A stretch of 64,000 nucleotides of DNA from contig NC_069001.1 in the NCBI RefSeq assembly GCF_001194135.2, positions 3,448,991 to 3,512,990 on the forward strand, read 5' to 3'. Source of the stretch: Octopus bimaculoides. Its lineage: Eukaryota. Below the pieces are notes generated by a model that ran no database searches, was not told the origin of the DNA, and saw only the letters and a program-made list of their open reading frames with translations. This document shows, in pieces, positions 1 through 13,050 of the stretch (its first letter is position 1; each line of letters opens with the position of its first letter). Made by a program: the position numbers and the translations under genes.

Positions 1-381
1 GTGTGTATGTAGGTGTGAGTGATAATGTGGTCAGCTTCAGCTGACCACATGATAACTACAAGATTTGCTCCATGCGAGAGCTTGTTCTCTTTATGAGACA
101 GCTATGAAAGCTCCTATATTGTACCTTGAACTATTAGAAATGCAGCCAAATTCCCCTCAAATCAACACATGATTTTCTAAAATGATGAATATATTATGTG
201 TCCCTAAATGTACTTTTCATTAAAAAAATAAAAAGAGCTCAGCTGGGACAGCTTTGATCATGAGTCTGCTCAATTAAAGCTGACTTGGAGTTCAATAACA
301 ACAACAGGAGCAATGTATCACAAACAAATCTTTTATTAGCTTGAAGAGCTGAGTTTAAGTCCTCGTATATATACGTAACAT

Positions 382-600
382 AGTTCTGGCCTCCAACCAG
401 TTCTATCATCATTAAACAGAGCTCTGGCCTTTGAGTAGATGTATCATCACTATAAGCAGCACAGTTTTGACCTCTGACCAGATTTATCATTGCTGCAAGT
501 AGTACAGTTGTAGCCTCCAACCAGGTCTGTCATCAGTACTGATAGCAAAGTTCTGGACCCAGCATATAGCTGGCTTCCTTGTTGGTCCATCATCACTACA
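382..600. repeat. Degenerate minisatellite, ~5 copies of a ~43-bp unit
   Basis: Recurring unit agttctggcctccaaccag..t.tatcatca.t at roughly 40-45-bp spacing. Confidence 0.6.
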
Positions 601-1894
601 CTAATGTTCTGTATTTGATGTTAATGACTAGACTTTATTTATTGCTATAGTTTGCAGTGGGATGGATAATGTTGTTGGATTCTATACCTAGTCCTTGGGT
701 ACCATTAGAGTATTATTGCAAGTATTTGGACTCAGTTCCCTCTTGAGCCACATTTTTCTTCCAAATGCTTTCCTCGGTAAATGGAAGGGGAATGAAAAGA
801 TCATAGGCACTGTCTGTCTCTCTTAACTTACATAAATAAAATAGAGTTCACTTTCTACAATATGTGTAGTGGTTTGACCTCTGAAACTGTGAAATATTTA
901 ATTTTATTTACATCATAACCACAGACTTCCCTACAGATGTGTATGACTCAGGCTCTCTATTCCACAGTACATATATGAGCTGGACTTATCCAAGGAGATG
1001 GATACTTCCACAAAGTATGGTTCTTCACAGAACTTAGACACCCCTGTTGTTAATAGAATAAAATGGTAGAATATGGCAGAAGCTTGTATGAATAAACATA
1101 TAAACAAGGAAGCCTCTATTTAGTCACTCCATTTGGTAGAAGAAATAGCTGCTAAATTCCATGAAAGCACATCCTACAATCTTCCAGAAAGAAAAAATAA
1201 ATTGGATAATGTGATCCGAAACTTTATGGTTATAGTTGGAATGCCTTCGATCATAGAGTACTGAATCAAGACTGACTTGGGTCTACATATCAAACAACAT
1301 ATATACATACATGTATACAGAAACATAAGGACATTGATGACAAGCTGGCAAATATATAGATACAACAGAGAAATAGAATTTCACATCAAATTTAGTAGTT
1401 GTACTTTAGAACCAAAGTATAACAGTTTTTTACAACATTCAAATAACTGGTTTCATCTGAACAAACATTAACTTCACTTCGATGTTACTTTTATAACATT
1501 TGAACGTGAAGAATATTTTACAATATTCTAAAATTTGTCTTAACAAGAAGTTTAGCATTCTCATTTCTTATGTCTGAAAATTTGCCTTTCCTACTTGAAT
1601 TTGACATTAAAATTAGTCAACATGAACATTTATATTATAAACTGGTTAAAGAAGTAGTCTATTTCAGCTGGCAGAATTTTTTTATATTTGATGAGTTAAA
1701 AGACGTATTGAAAGAACATCTCCCCTTAAAAAAAAATCCAAGCAAAATACTTGTACATACAGATGAAAAAGCTTGTATATAAAGTATATATACATGTATA
1801 TAGGAAGATGTGTGTTTCAAGCTATCCTATCTACTAACTGAACCACACATCTATATCTATATATAATATACATATATATATATATATATATATA

Positions 1895-2373
1895 NNNNNN
1901 NNNNNNNNNNNNNNNNNNNNNNNNNNNNNNNNNNNNNNNNNNNNNNNNNNNNNNNNNNNNNNNNNNNNNNNNNNNNNNNNNNNNNNNNNNNNNNNNNNNN
2001 NNNNNNNNNNNNNNNNNNNNNNNNNNNNNNNNNNNNNNNNNNNNNNNNNNNNNNNNNNNNNNNNNNNNNNNNNNNNNNNNNNNNNNNNNNNNNNNNNNNN
2101 NNNNNNNNNNNNNNNNNNNNNNNNNNNNNNNNNNNNNNNNNNNNNNNNNNNNNNNNNNNNNNNNNNNNNNNNNNNNNNNNNNNNNNNNNNNNNNNNNNNN
2201 NNNNNNNNNNNNNNNNNNNNNNNNNNNNNNNNNNNNNNNNNNNNNNNNNNNNNNNNNNNNNNNNNNNNNNNNNNNNNNNNNNNNNNNNNNNNNNNNNNNN
2301 NNNNNNNNNNNNNNNNNNNNNNNNNNNNNNNNNNNNNNNNNNNNNNNNNNNNNNNNNNNNNNNNNNNNNNNNN
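1895..2373. other. Assembly gap (N run) flanked by (TA)n
   Basis: 479 N. Other gaps lie near 3089, 22361, 29548, 31389, 48687 and 54369, most of them next to microsatellites. Confidence 0.98.
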
Positions 2374-2416
<43 letters not shown>

Positions 2417-2706
2417 CACACACACATATATATATATATATAATATGTAATGTTTTAAAAAATGATGATATGGTCTAATTTGTTGTATGATGTGATGAAG
2501 CAAAGTGTTATTTGATGTCATATCAGAGACGTATAAAGAGAGAAGATGCCATAAGACAAAGAAAAAGAAAGAAAGAATTGCAAAGATTGAAACGGTGCTA
2601 GCATATAGAGCTAGATCAATACTGATTCAGTGATTAACATTGATAGAGATACTCTTTCACTGGTTTCAGCCATTTGGCTGTAGCCATGCTGATGGCCCCA
2701 GCTAAG

Positions 2707-2738
<32 letters not shown>

Positions 2739-2817
2739 ATATATATATATCAATATCAAAAACGGTACGACGATGAGGAACAATGGAAAGAGTTCAAAAA
2801 CATGCATGATATCTTAC

Positions 2818-2832
2818 CTGGCGGCGTGACGT
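2818..2832 (-). CDS. Candidate 15-nt alternative microexon (ACGTCACGCCGCCAG), probably of SCAI
   Basis: Minus strand reads tgttttttttttctttatttctattatttttttaaaccttgctattgctgctttggcatcaacag|ACGTCACGCCGCCAG|gtaaga. It has a long U-rich tract, three UGC motifs, a strong CAG|GTAAG donor, a length divisible by 3, and is stop-free in all frames. There is no homology support. Confidence 0.4.
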
Positions 2833-3051
2833 CTGTTGATGCCAAAGCAGCAATAGCAAGGTTTAAAAAAATAATAGAAATAAAGAAAAAAAAAACAGTG
2901 ACAACGAATGCTTACTTGAAAAAAAATAATGGTAGAGATATATATATATATAGGTGATATCATGACATGAAGGAGTGCAAGTGAGGTGTAAGGATATAGG
3001 ATATATATAAATATATATATAAGTATATATATATATAAATATACATACACA

Positions 3052-3088
<37 letters not shown>

Positions 3089-3103
3089 NNNNNNNNNNTA
3101 TAT

Positions 3104-3148
<45 letters not shown>

Positions 3149-5759
3149 TATATATGCGTATACATATATAACAGCATAAAAGGCAGAATTGATTAACTTT
3201 ACAGAAAAAATTCCTTTGTTTTTTCCTTTCACAACTTTACTACTATGCTGCCAGTATTCAATGTCAATTCATTTAAGTTTTGCTATAAAACAAAGCTACA
3301 AAAGAACTCTCTTATATAGTCTATATCTAATTTCCCAAATTAATAACAGTTTTTGAATAATCAACAATGAATTCAATATTACAGAATTTTCAAAAAAATC
3401 GAATAATCAAATATGCCCTTTAGCTTACAATATATATATATACATATGTATATATACATATATATAAAACAAGAATAAGAGCGGAATTAAAATATTGTCA
3501 CAGTTCTGAAATATGAAATTAGACAAAACAAAATATAAAAACACAGGAGAAGTAAATTGAAGGTGAGGTTATTAATATATCCAAAGGAAATTAAGGGGGT
3601 CTTCATTGCAATTTTTAAAAGTTTCTTCAAGAAGTGGACGTTCTTTCAGATTACTATTGAAAGTTCATACTGATACTTAGTTTAATTAATACTTGAACAA
3701 CTACATCTAATTTCTGACAGTAGGCATTATAGGCACCTATTTGAGACAGAAAATGAAACAGACTTGCTCATATAACCACAACTATGTGTCTATCACTTGC
3801 TGTGCAACCATTTTACCAATTACGTCAATTACCTTGTGGAGATAAAACAGCACAGTTATAATATCAGAAATAATTTATAGTATCTAATTTGAGACGATGG
3901 AATGGCAGGTATATATTCTGTAATGTAATTGGTGACATAGTCACCATGCAAGTGGTAGATACATGCTTTGACAAGTTGTCTTGAATAGGTTCTTATAATT
4001 TATAATATCCTAATATATAATGTCAGTTGCCTTGAATAGGTTCTTGTAATGTATAATATCATTTGCAATTAATTCATACATCCAGTCAAACTGTTGTTGA
4101 TGTTTAATATCAAGTCAGCCCTAATCAAACAGACTTATACTCAAATGTGTATCAACTGTTAACATCTTTTCTTTCATTCATATACGGTGCATCTAGGATG
4201 ACATTATCTAATATGTCCTGTTTTTAAAATGACAGGAAGTAATTTAAGGAAGACTCCTAGCAAGTTCAATAACCATACAGAGGCTTTCCCCTTAAGAATA
4301 TTCTGACAAAGCTTTGTTGGTTAGATCTAGTCAACTTGTTAGTACAAATTAAACTACTGACTAAAGGATCAATAGTTTCTGTACCAACATCAACACTGCT
4401 GCGTTCTTGCCAGGGGCCCAGTTTTACATAGAGGTAACATAGGGTAGTTACAGTTTGTTATTGTAAGCAGAAAAGATGATGTGTAACTTATGGGCATTCT
4501 ATTAGCTTTTAAGGGTAAGAGTTCAAATAAGACCCTAGGTCTAAAGAGGATATCAGGAAACTGTTGTCTGTTAAGATGAATCTTTCTTTTCAGCAGTAAC
4601 CCATTGACTCAATGAGCTACAGTACATTATTTATGATGTATTTCAATGTATAAATCTGCTGGAAGTAAGATATTTTTCTGATAATAATATACTGCTCTTC
4701 CTGAAAGAGGTTATAGAGGACTAGCACTTCAGTAACTGATCAGTGGTTATTTTACAATATTATTATTACAGGTGACAGATGCCCACTATATTGCTAATCA
4801 CTCAAACATAAAGTACAAATCTATTCTACATTCAATAAATATATGAAAAGTGAGCAAATCCTGATAAATTATTCAATAACAATGAAACCAGCCAGTAGTT
4901 CAACCCTCACACCCAATCTATCGACAAGGCTAACTTGGGCTTAATTTCCTGAGACAAAATAAGTATGTATATAAGTCAGTATATTTATTTATTCATAACC
5001 TATACTATTCTCTAGCAAACTATTTGAGCCAAACTGAAACTAGCAAAGTTATGGATCTTGGTCAAGCCCATGACATAATGGCTACAGCATGTACCCATGC
5101 CATGTGGACAATAGTCCAACACACTAATCTCACAAGTATCATACATACAGGATTGATCAAGATTAAATTTCATAAGTTTTAACTAATCAATAAAGACAAA
5201 GTTGAAAACTGAATTAGTATTCTTAGAGGAGCTAAACATTTTGTTAATAATTTGAAAAATTTACATTGAAATATCATTAGATAGTCATTTATAAACAAAG
5301 ACTACTTTTCTTTTTCCAAACTTCCATACTTCTGCTGGGACAATAATAACAACTCCTTCATAAATGTTATAAAATTTATCATATGACAAACAGAGGAGGA
5401 GAGAGAACAAACAAATAAACAAAAACAAAATGAAAACTGGTGATAAAAACACTGTCTGAAGCTAACAGCCAATGTATATTTATTATTTAGGAGCTGTAGT
5501 TGTTGTTGTTGTTAGTAGAAAAGAAAGTAGTTTGAAAAGAGAATACTACATACATATACACATATCCAAATACATATTTACATGTTTACACATATATTTA
5601 TATGCAAATATAAATATTATATATATATATACACACACACATACATATATACACACACACACAGACATACACACACACATATACATACATACTTACAAAA
5701 AGAGCAGGTGTATATGTGTGTGTGTGTGGTTACAAAGTTTACATGTTTTCAGGTTTAAT

Positions 5760-6620
5760 CCATTATGCAGCACCTTGGCCGGTTTGTACTGTAATTTTTT
5801 AAAGTATTTCCATAAAAAAAGTTTAGTGGTGGTGGAGTCTGAAGAACATGGAGGGTATTCTACTGAACATCTTTGTTCAATCCATCTGTTTTGCAAAATT
5901 TCATCCTTATATTACTATAGTAGTGTTGGAGTGTCTCATCTGGCTGAAAATAAACTCCAGATCTTCAAAGTCTTCTTGAATGCTTGGCATGACATATCAC
6001 AAGTTCAAGTAAATGGGATCAGTTACAATACCATTAAAAAAGAGTGGTTTAATTAATCTTTTTGGTGGTAAGCTGCACCATAATTAACCTCTGGTTCATT
6101 AACATAATGTTCCTCTGTAATATGTGAATTCTCAGGTCCCCAAGTAGGTGCAGCTGTAGTGATTAATTGATCCAATTATATTTAAATGTAGCCTCATCAC
6201 TCCAAACAATCTTTATTGGAAGGTTTGCATCTTTATACATCTTGCCAAGTGTAACTCACAAAATTGCACTCTTCAGTCTAGATCATCTTCATTGACATCT
6301 GGGACTTTTCTTGGAATGTAATTCTTCCAATGACAATGCTTCAAAGTGCAATGGATGTTTGATTTTATAATTCCTGTCTCACAACACACTTGCTACACGT
6401 TTTCTCAAAATTTGGCAATATTTCTAGTGCTCTTTCTTGCTTTGTGGGAGTCATCAATGATGGCAGTCTTCCAGAACATTTCTTGAAGTCATTCTGAACT
6501 ACAGTTCCTTCTGCTTCAAGCTTATCTCTAATTCAAGTGATGGTAAGTTGTGCAGGTGGATCTGTGTGAAACTCCTATCTTAACTTCAACTACATTTTCA
6601 AACTTCCAGTAGCACTTTCA
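5760..6620 (-). mobile_element. Decayed Tc1/mariner-superfamily transposase (DDxD type), pseudogenised
   Basis: Minus-strand fragments read KIVWSDEATF (first Asp, ~6184-6213), FYFQPDETLQHYY (cf. FQQDGAPPHY) and RWIEQRCSVEYPPCSSDSTTTKLFLWKYFK (cf. RWIGR..EWPPRSPDLTPLDFFLWGYLK). There are multiple stops and frameshifts. Confidence 0.82.
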
Positions 6621-6899
6621 TCAGAATTTCCTTTGTTTAAAGTACTTCAACAATGTTTTCAAATTTCCAGTAGCACTTTTAAGTCAAATTTCCATTGCTC
6701 AAATCTTAGTCTGGCTCCCTTCATTATTTTTATTCTAGTGGGTTGAACAAATGTATGTGTGTGTGTGTGGGGGGGTCATCAAAGGCAGATGTAAGAGGGT
6801 GTTCAAGAGAAAGGAGTGTTTAATGGAAAACAAAATGTGGGATGGGTGACAAAGGTGATTTAAAGGAAAGGAATAATCGATAACATGAAATTACAGCAC

Positions 6900-7320
6900 C
6901 TGAGTGAGCAGTGCCATAGTTAGAGGAATGATGGAAGGATGGGTGTTAGATGAGTTGTGGGGGGAGGTGTGACAGGGACAGATTGAGTGTGGAGGCATAT
7001 AGACACGAACGGTATGCTTTTTAGGGCCTCATTTTTGCTGAGATGGACTGATATTCTTGAGCACAGCAAATCACCAATCATTTTTATCATCTCCAAGAGG
7101 CTCAACACCCAAGGCTGGTCTTCACTAATTTCTCCCACACCTTTCTGGATCTCACTCTTCCACAGGTTCCATCCAATAATCATACCAGCAAGTCTTCTCT
7201 CTTGCACACAAATGATTCCTCTTACACCCAATTTTTCTCTCGACTGACTTGTCATATATACATACTAACAGTGCACATCCAGTGGAACACGCTAGCTTCA
7301 TTTCTTTGTAGTCTTCACAT
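6900..7320 (-). mobile_element. 3' remnant of an RTE-clade LINE
   Basis: Minus strand encodes degenerate ..EASV.HWMCTVSV..SREKLGVRGIICVQERRL.., resembling the RTE C-terminus (MLRWMC...LREKLGIRGIR..QERRLRWFGHV). It overlaps ORF 6920..7255. Confidence 0.6.
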
Positions 7321-8399
7321 GTCCTTCACATTCATAGACCAACAGAAGATTTATATGAAATAATTTAGATCAAATTAAATTATCAGATATTGAGAGACAT
7401 TTCAAATATTTTGCAATGGAAAATTAATAGTAAATCATATTATTAGAAATTATATGGCCACAAGTTCAGAAACTGTTGAGGGTAGTTAGTTGGAATTCAA
7501 CCCCAGTTTTTGACTGGTACTTTGTTTTTGCAACCTCTGAAGGATGAAAGGCAAAGTTGACATCAGTGACATTTAAGATTAGAATGTAAGGGGATGTTAT
7601 GAAATAAAACAAGGTATTTCATCCAACAATCTCCAACATAGGTACAAGGCCTCAAATCTACAGAAAAGAAACTATAGCCATCACAGTAGTCAATCGGTAA
7701 TATTTTATTGAGTGCTAGAAGGAAGAAATGCAAAATTGAACTGAGTTAGATTTGAAATGAGGCCCTAAAAAGCCAGAAGAAATATGGCAAGGTATTTTGT
7801 TGAATGCTCTAATGATTTTACCAATCTCAATAACAATTTATGGTACAAACACAAAACACATTCACAAAGGTATACTGCTAAAGAACTCCTGTTCATTAAA
7901 GCATGTCTGGTTAAAAGTTCACTTAAGCATATGTAAGATTACAAAAGGTGCATAGCAATGACTTTCTCCAAGACTTTACCCAGATGCATTCAGACACACA
8001 GCTATTACTAATGTATAATGATGACATCATACAATTGTAAGAAACACTAATCAGATATGTGTGTGTGTGGTTGTATAGATAGAGAGGTAGATAGATAATC
8101 AAATGAGACAAATATATTTTTCTCTCATTTGGGAGAACCCAAAGAAGAGCTTCAGGAATTCCCAGAGGAGAGAAACCAACATATATATTTGTCACATTCA
8201 ATTATTTCTTTAAACATTATTATTTACTGTGTAGCTAATACATGAAATTCTTTTCTACAGTCTATAATTACCGTTATTCTTCTGAACAAACTGTATCTAT
8301 TTATAGATACAGTTTCATATTCTAAGTGTCCAAACATGTTCCTATGAACGGGTAACCACAGGACTCCTATAAAATATATATAAATTGTGTGTGTGTGTG

Positions 8400-8460
<61 letters not shown>

Positions 8461-9436
8461 TTGTGGGGTTTTGTATTAAAATTATTTAAATGTTGCTTCA
8501 ATGAAGGCTTAGGTGTATGATTTCAGATGGATGGAATCAGAAAACATTTTGTATTGAAACACAGTGAAGGGTGGTTTCAACACTGTAGTAATGCTTTTAC
8601 TGTTGGGAGCAGCTATATTTTGATGATGTAAATAATTTATTCATCATCATCATCAATTAACTTCAATCTAAAATGCTTACATTTAGCAGAAAAATCCTAT
8701 ACTAATTAGGCATGCCAGAATTTCTAAAAAGGCAATGAAAAAATGAACCAAAGACAAAAATACAACTTCCATAAGCACTGATGGTCAAAGAGATATCACA
8801 CAGGCTAGCAATGTTCTCAGTGGGATAAACCAAGTCAATAGACTTTCAGGAGATTGAGATATATCCTGGCCAGAAAGACAAAAATATTGATTAAATTAGC
8901 AATACTCACACCATATACTTTTATACATTTGTGGGATTTAGGTTATAAACTTGAGTAATAACAAAACCATAGACTTAAAACTTCCAATACCACAGCAGAA
9001 TGCATTTGTATGTACATTCTTCTGTGAGAAATCTTATATTGTTAAATTGATTTTTCTTTTTTTTAAAGAAAGAAAGAAAACAAAATTCAACAGGAATAAA
9101 AAAGATAACTAATAAAACAAAACCAAAATCAAAGTAAAATTTTCAAAATAGATACAAAATCCGCATCCTCAAAACTTGTTGCTATATATTGCGATAAATT
9201 GTATTTATTTAATTTTGCCTTCCCTGCAGCAACAAGTTGGTCGAAATGGGACATTGATTACTTTTAAAAAATCTATAGAACAAATCTATAGAACAATACA
9301 GCATTGCTCTGCTTGAATGAGACTTGCATTCCAGCCACTCCTTTGGGAGTCTCTATGTGGTTGTTTGACCAATTAGAATTAACAGCCAAATTTTCCTCAA
9401 ATCCCTCTTTACCATGTTAAATAAGGAAAGGTTATC

Positions 9437-9978
<542 letters not shown>

Positions 9979-10956
9979 ATAAGAATTCTCTTCTATAAGA
10001 AAGGAAGGAGGTGATGTGCTGAATGTTGTATGCAAATAATTCTAAATGCATTGAAATTTATTTCTTATTTGGAGAAAGAAAACAAAACCTTGCAGGAAAA
10101 ATTAGTGACTCTTAAAACAAAAAAAGGAAACAGTCACAAAAGATTAACACCTAATTTCATAGAAAATTATTTATTTTCATGCTTATAGGAAAAAAAACAA
10201 ACTGATCTTTGGTTATCAAACATGGTGACATACAGACATACTGCAGTCTTATCAAATTTCATCAGCAAAGCATAGTAGTCTCAAACTGGGATGGTTAGGA
10301 TGCATTTGGTTATAAATCTGGTCAATCAGAGTTGACCTGGGACTCAAGGACACCACCAACAACATCGAAATTTTACACAAATACAGTAAAATGTTTCACA
10401 ATGACTCCTACTGTGTGAGTTGTGTTGTATGTGTATGTCTATTACTGTTTAAGTCACACATCAGTTCTGATTCTGAAAATCTTTTTGATCAAAGACATTC
10501 CAGCCAAAGTCATTCTGTCTTTTAGCCAAACATGAATTACCTAAGACTACATGACTACATTATCTATTGTGTTCTTCGTTCTTTTCTTAAGGTGTGATTT
10601 GAGCAAGATTTAGCTTCTTTTTCTAGTAGGTCAAGCAGCTATGTCGATGCTCTCTTGTATGCATGTGGTGTATGTATGTCATTAAGTATTATAGAGCAGC
10701 TATTTCTTGTTTTGGTTATTCCATGAAAATATTGGAAACCTGTCGTAATTTCGTTATTTTTTATTTTATTTGTTTTTTTGCCTTCAACTTCAGAGAACAA
10801 AAATAAATAAATAAATAAATAAAACAAAAAGTCAACACCAGCAAAAACAAGTGTGAAAGTCTGAATATATGCATCCATGTGTTACTGCAATATTTGTGAT
10901 ATCATTTGTATGTTTTTCACACTCATATGTGGTCTAATACGTGTGTGTGTGTGTGC

Positions 10957-10987
<31 letters not shown>

Positions 10988-10995
10988 TGTGTGTG

Positions 10996-11026
<31 letters not shown>

Positions 11027-11925
11027 ACAATGTTTGCACAGCTCTACCTGATGAGGAAACAAATACAACAACAGATTGTCACTCATTATTCTTAAGATAG
11101 AGAAGCAAAGATGTGAGTATACATAAGATTAAGATGATAACGATGATGATAGTGGTGGTGGTCACGATGATGATGATAAGGGAGGGTGGAAGGGCAGAAG
11201 AGTGAAATCTATATAACCCCATGAAGGAACAAGGATGCTGATCTTTTCAGTGGAAAACGGTTTGAAAGCAATGTGATAATTTTGATATCAAATTGTATTA
11301 TTGTTTGCTTTGTATTCCAAACTGACAGTAGAATGTAGGGGTGTGGGACAGAGAGAAGGAGGGAGATGGTTGTTGGTGTGTAGGGGGGGGTGTTAGATGA
11401 AGATGCTTCTGTGAATATGTTATGCAGCAATAATATCAACCAATGCTGCACACCACAGTGTTGGTGGTGATGGGTAGAGGTAGGAGATAGAATGGTAAGT
11501 TCTAGCTATTTAATCATTCTATAGAGAGAAATACACAACACTCTAAGAACAGAGGCGCAAACATAATAATACATACATTACATATATACATTCCATACAT
11601 ACATACACAAAAGCACATAAAACCCAATAAATCATATATACAAACATATGTTACATACATATGTACATACACACAAATTCAGTTACACCTGCACACATGA
11701 TTGACTAAAACACACACACACACACACACACACCACCACCACCACCACCAGTACAAATAGTAATGCATAAACATCAGTTCATAACACTTATGCAGACACA
11801 CTCAAAACCACATACACATAACTCATAACCACACACAGCAACATATAAACATAGCTACACTTGTACAAATAGATTTACCAACATGTAGCTAGCCAGATAG
11901 TTAGCAACCATACCATACACCACCA

Positions 11926-11971
<46 letters not shown>

Positions 11972-12697
11972 GTTCGGCTCTTGAAACAAGAGACAGCATC
12001 AGTGCAGCCAGATGGAATACTGGCTTTTGTGACCAATATCAACAACAACAGCTAACTGACTAGAAAGAGGGAGAAAAAAAGAGACTGTATGAGATAGACA
12101 GAGAGAAGAGAGTGAGGGAAAGCAACCCAGTGGATCTGTTAGCTGGCAGTAACAGCTTCAACCAATCATGAGAAAATAAAACATAAGAGAAATATACAAA
12201 CCCATCTCTATTTTAACAATACAAAGAGTGATGAACAGTGTGTGTGTGTATAAAAATCATATTTATATAACAGTGCAGCTAGTTAGGATTTCTATTTGTA
12301 TTTTGTCATTTCTAGATTTTGTCATTTTTATTTTCAATCTTATCATTTTTACACCCATTTTCCCATGCTTGCATGGATTGGCTAGGTCTTAGTCTCACCT
12401 CCTGTTGCAGTACCTCATCATCTGCTACACACAATAACAGAGGAAATTACCTTTTTTTGTGGTTTTTGTTGGGGGTTTTTTCTGATATGGCTTTTTTTAC
12501 AGCTGCATGCTCTTCCTAGGACCAACCATTTCACTGCATGAACTGAGTATAACTTATCATGCTACACTGGCACTAGAAAGGTTTTCTGTGGCAGAACTAA
12601 AGTGTTAGCTGCTTAGTTGTTATTCACAGTTACTGCTCTCCTAGTAGGGTTGGGTTGCCTGCATTGCAACTTGTTTAGTCCCCATTTCTTTTATTTA

Positions 12698-13050
12698 TTT
12701 CAGTCATTGGACTGTGACCATGCTGGGGTACCATCTTCAAGGTTCTTTTAGTCAATCACATCAACTCTAGTATATATTTTTAAGCCTAGTGTTTATTCAA
12801 TTAAATTCTATTTGGTGAACACCTAAGTTATGGGACATAAGCAGAGGTACAGGTATACACACACACACACACACAATCTTAATAATTGTATTGACAATGA
12901 GGTACAGGGATGGCTCCACCACTTTTAACAACCCGTGTTGGTTTGTTTACATCCCCATAACTTAGGAGTTCAGCAAAAGAGTGTGGCAGAAGAAGTACCA
13001 GGCTTAAAAAAAAAATAAACACCAGGGTTGATTCTTCAAGGCAGTTCCAC
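12698..13050. mobile_element. Inverted pair of family A SINE 3' halves (12698-12842 minus; ~12945-13050 plus)
   Basis: aacacctaagttatgggacataagc pairs with the reverse complement of gtttacatccccataacttaggagtt, and the flanks also align. Confidence 0.65.

Noticed and set aside
1817-3232. Long YIYI/VCVC/THTH ORFs here and across the window
   Set aside because: They are translations of (TA)n/(CA)n microsatellites and N-gaps.
10207-10218. tctttggttatc, matching the 5' end of miR-9
   Set aside because: The match stops after 12 nt and there is no star arm.
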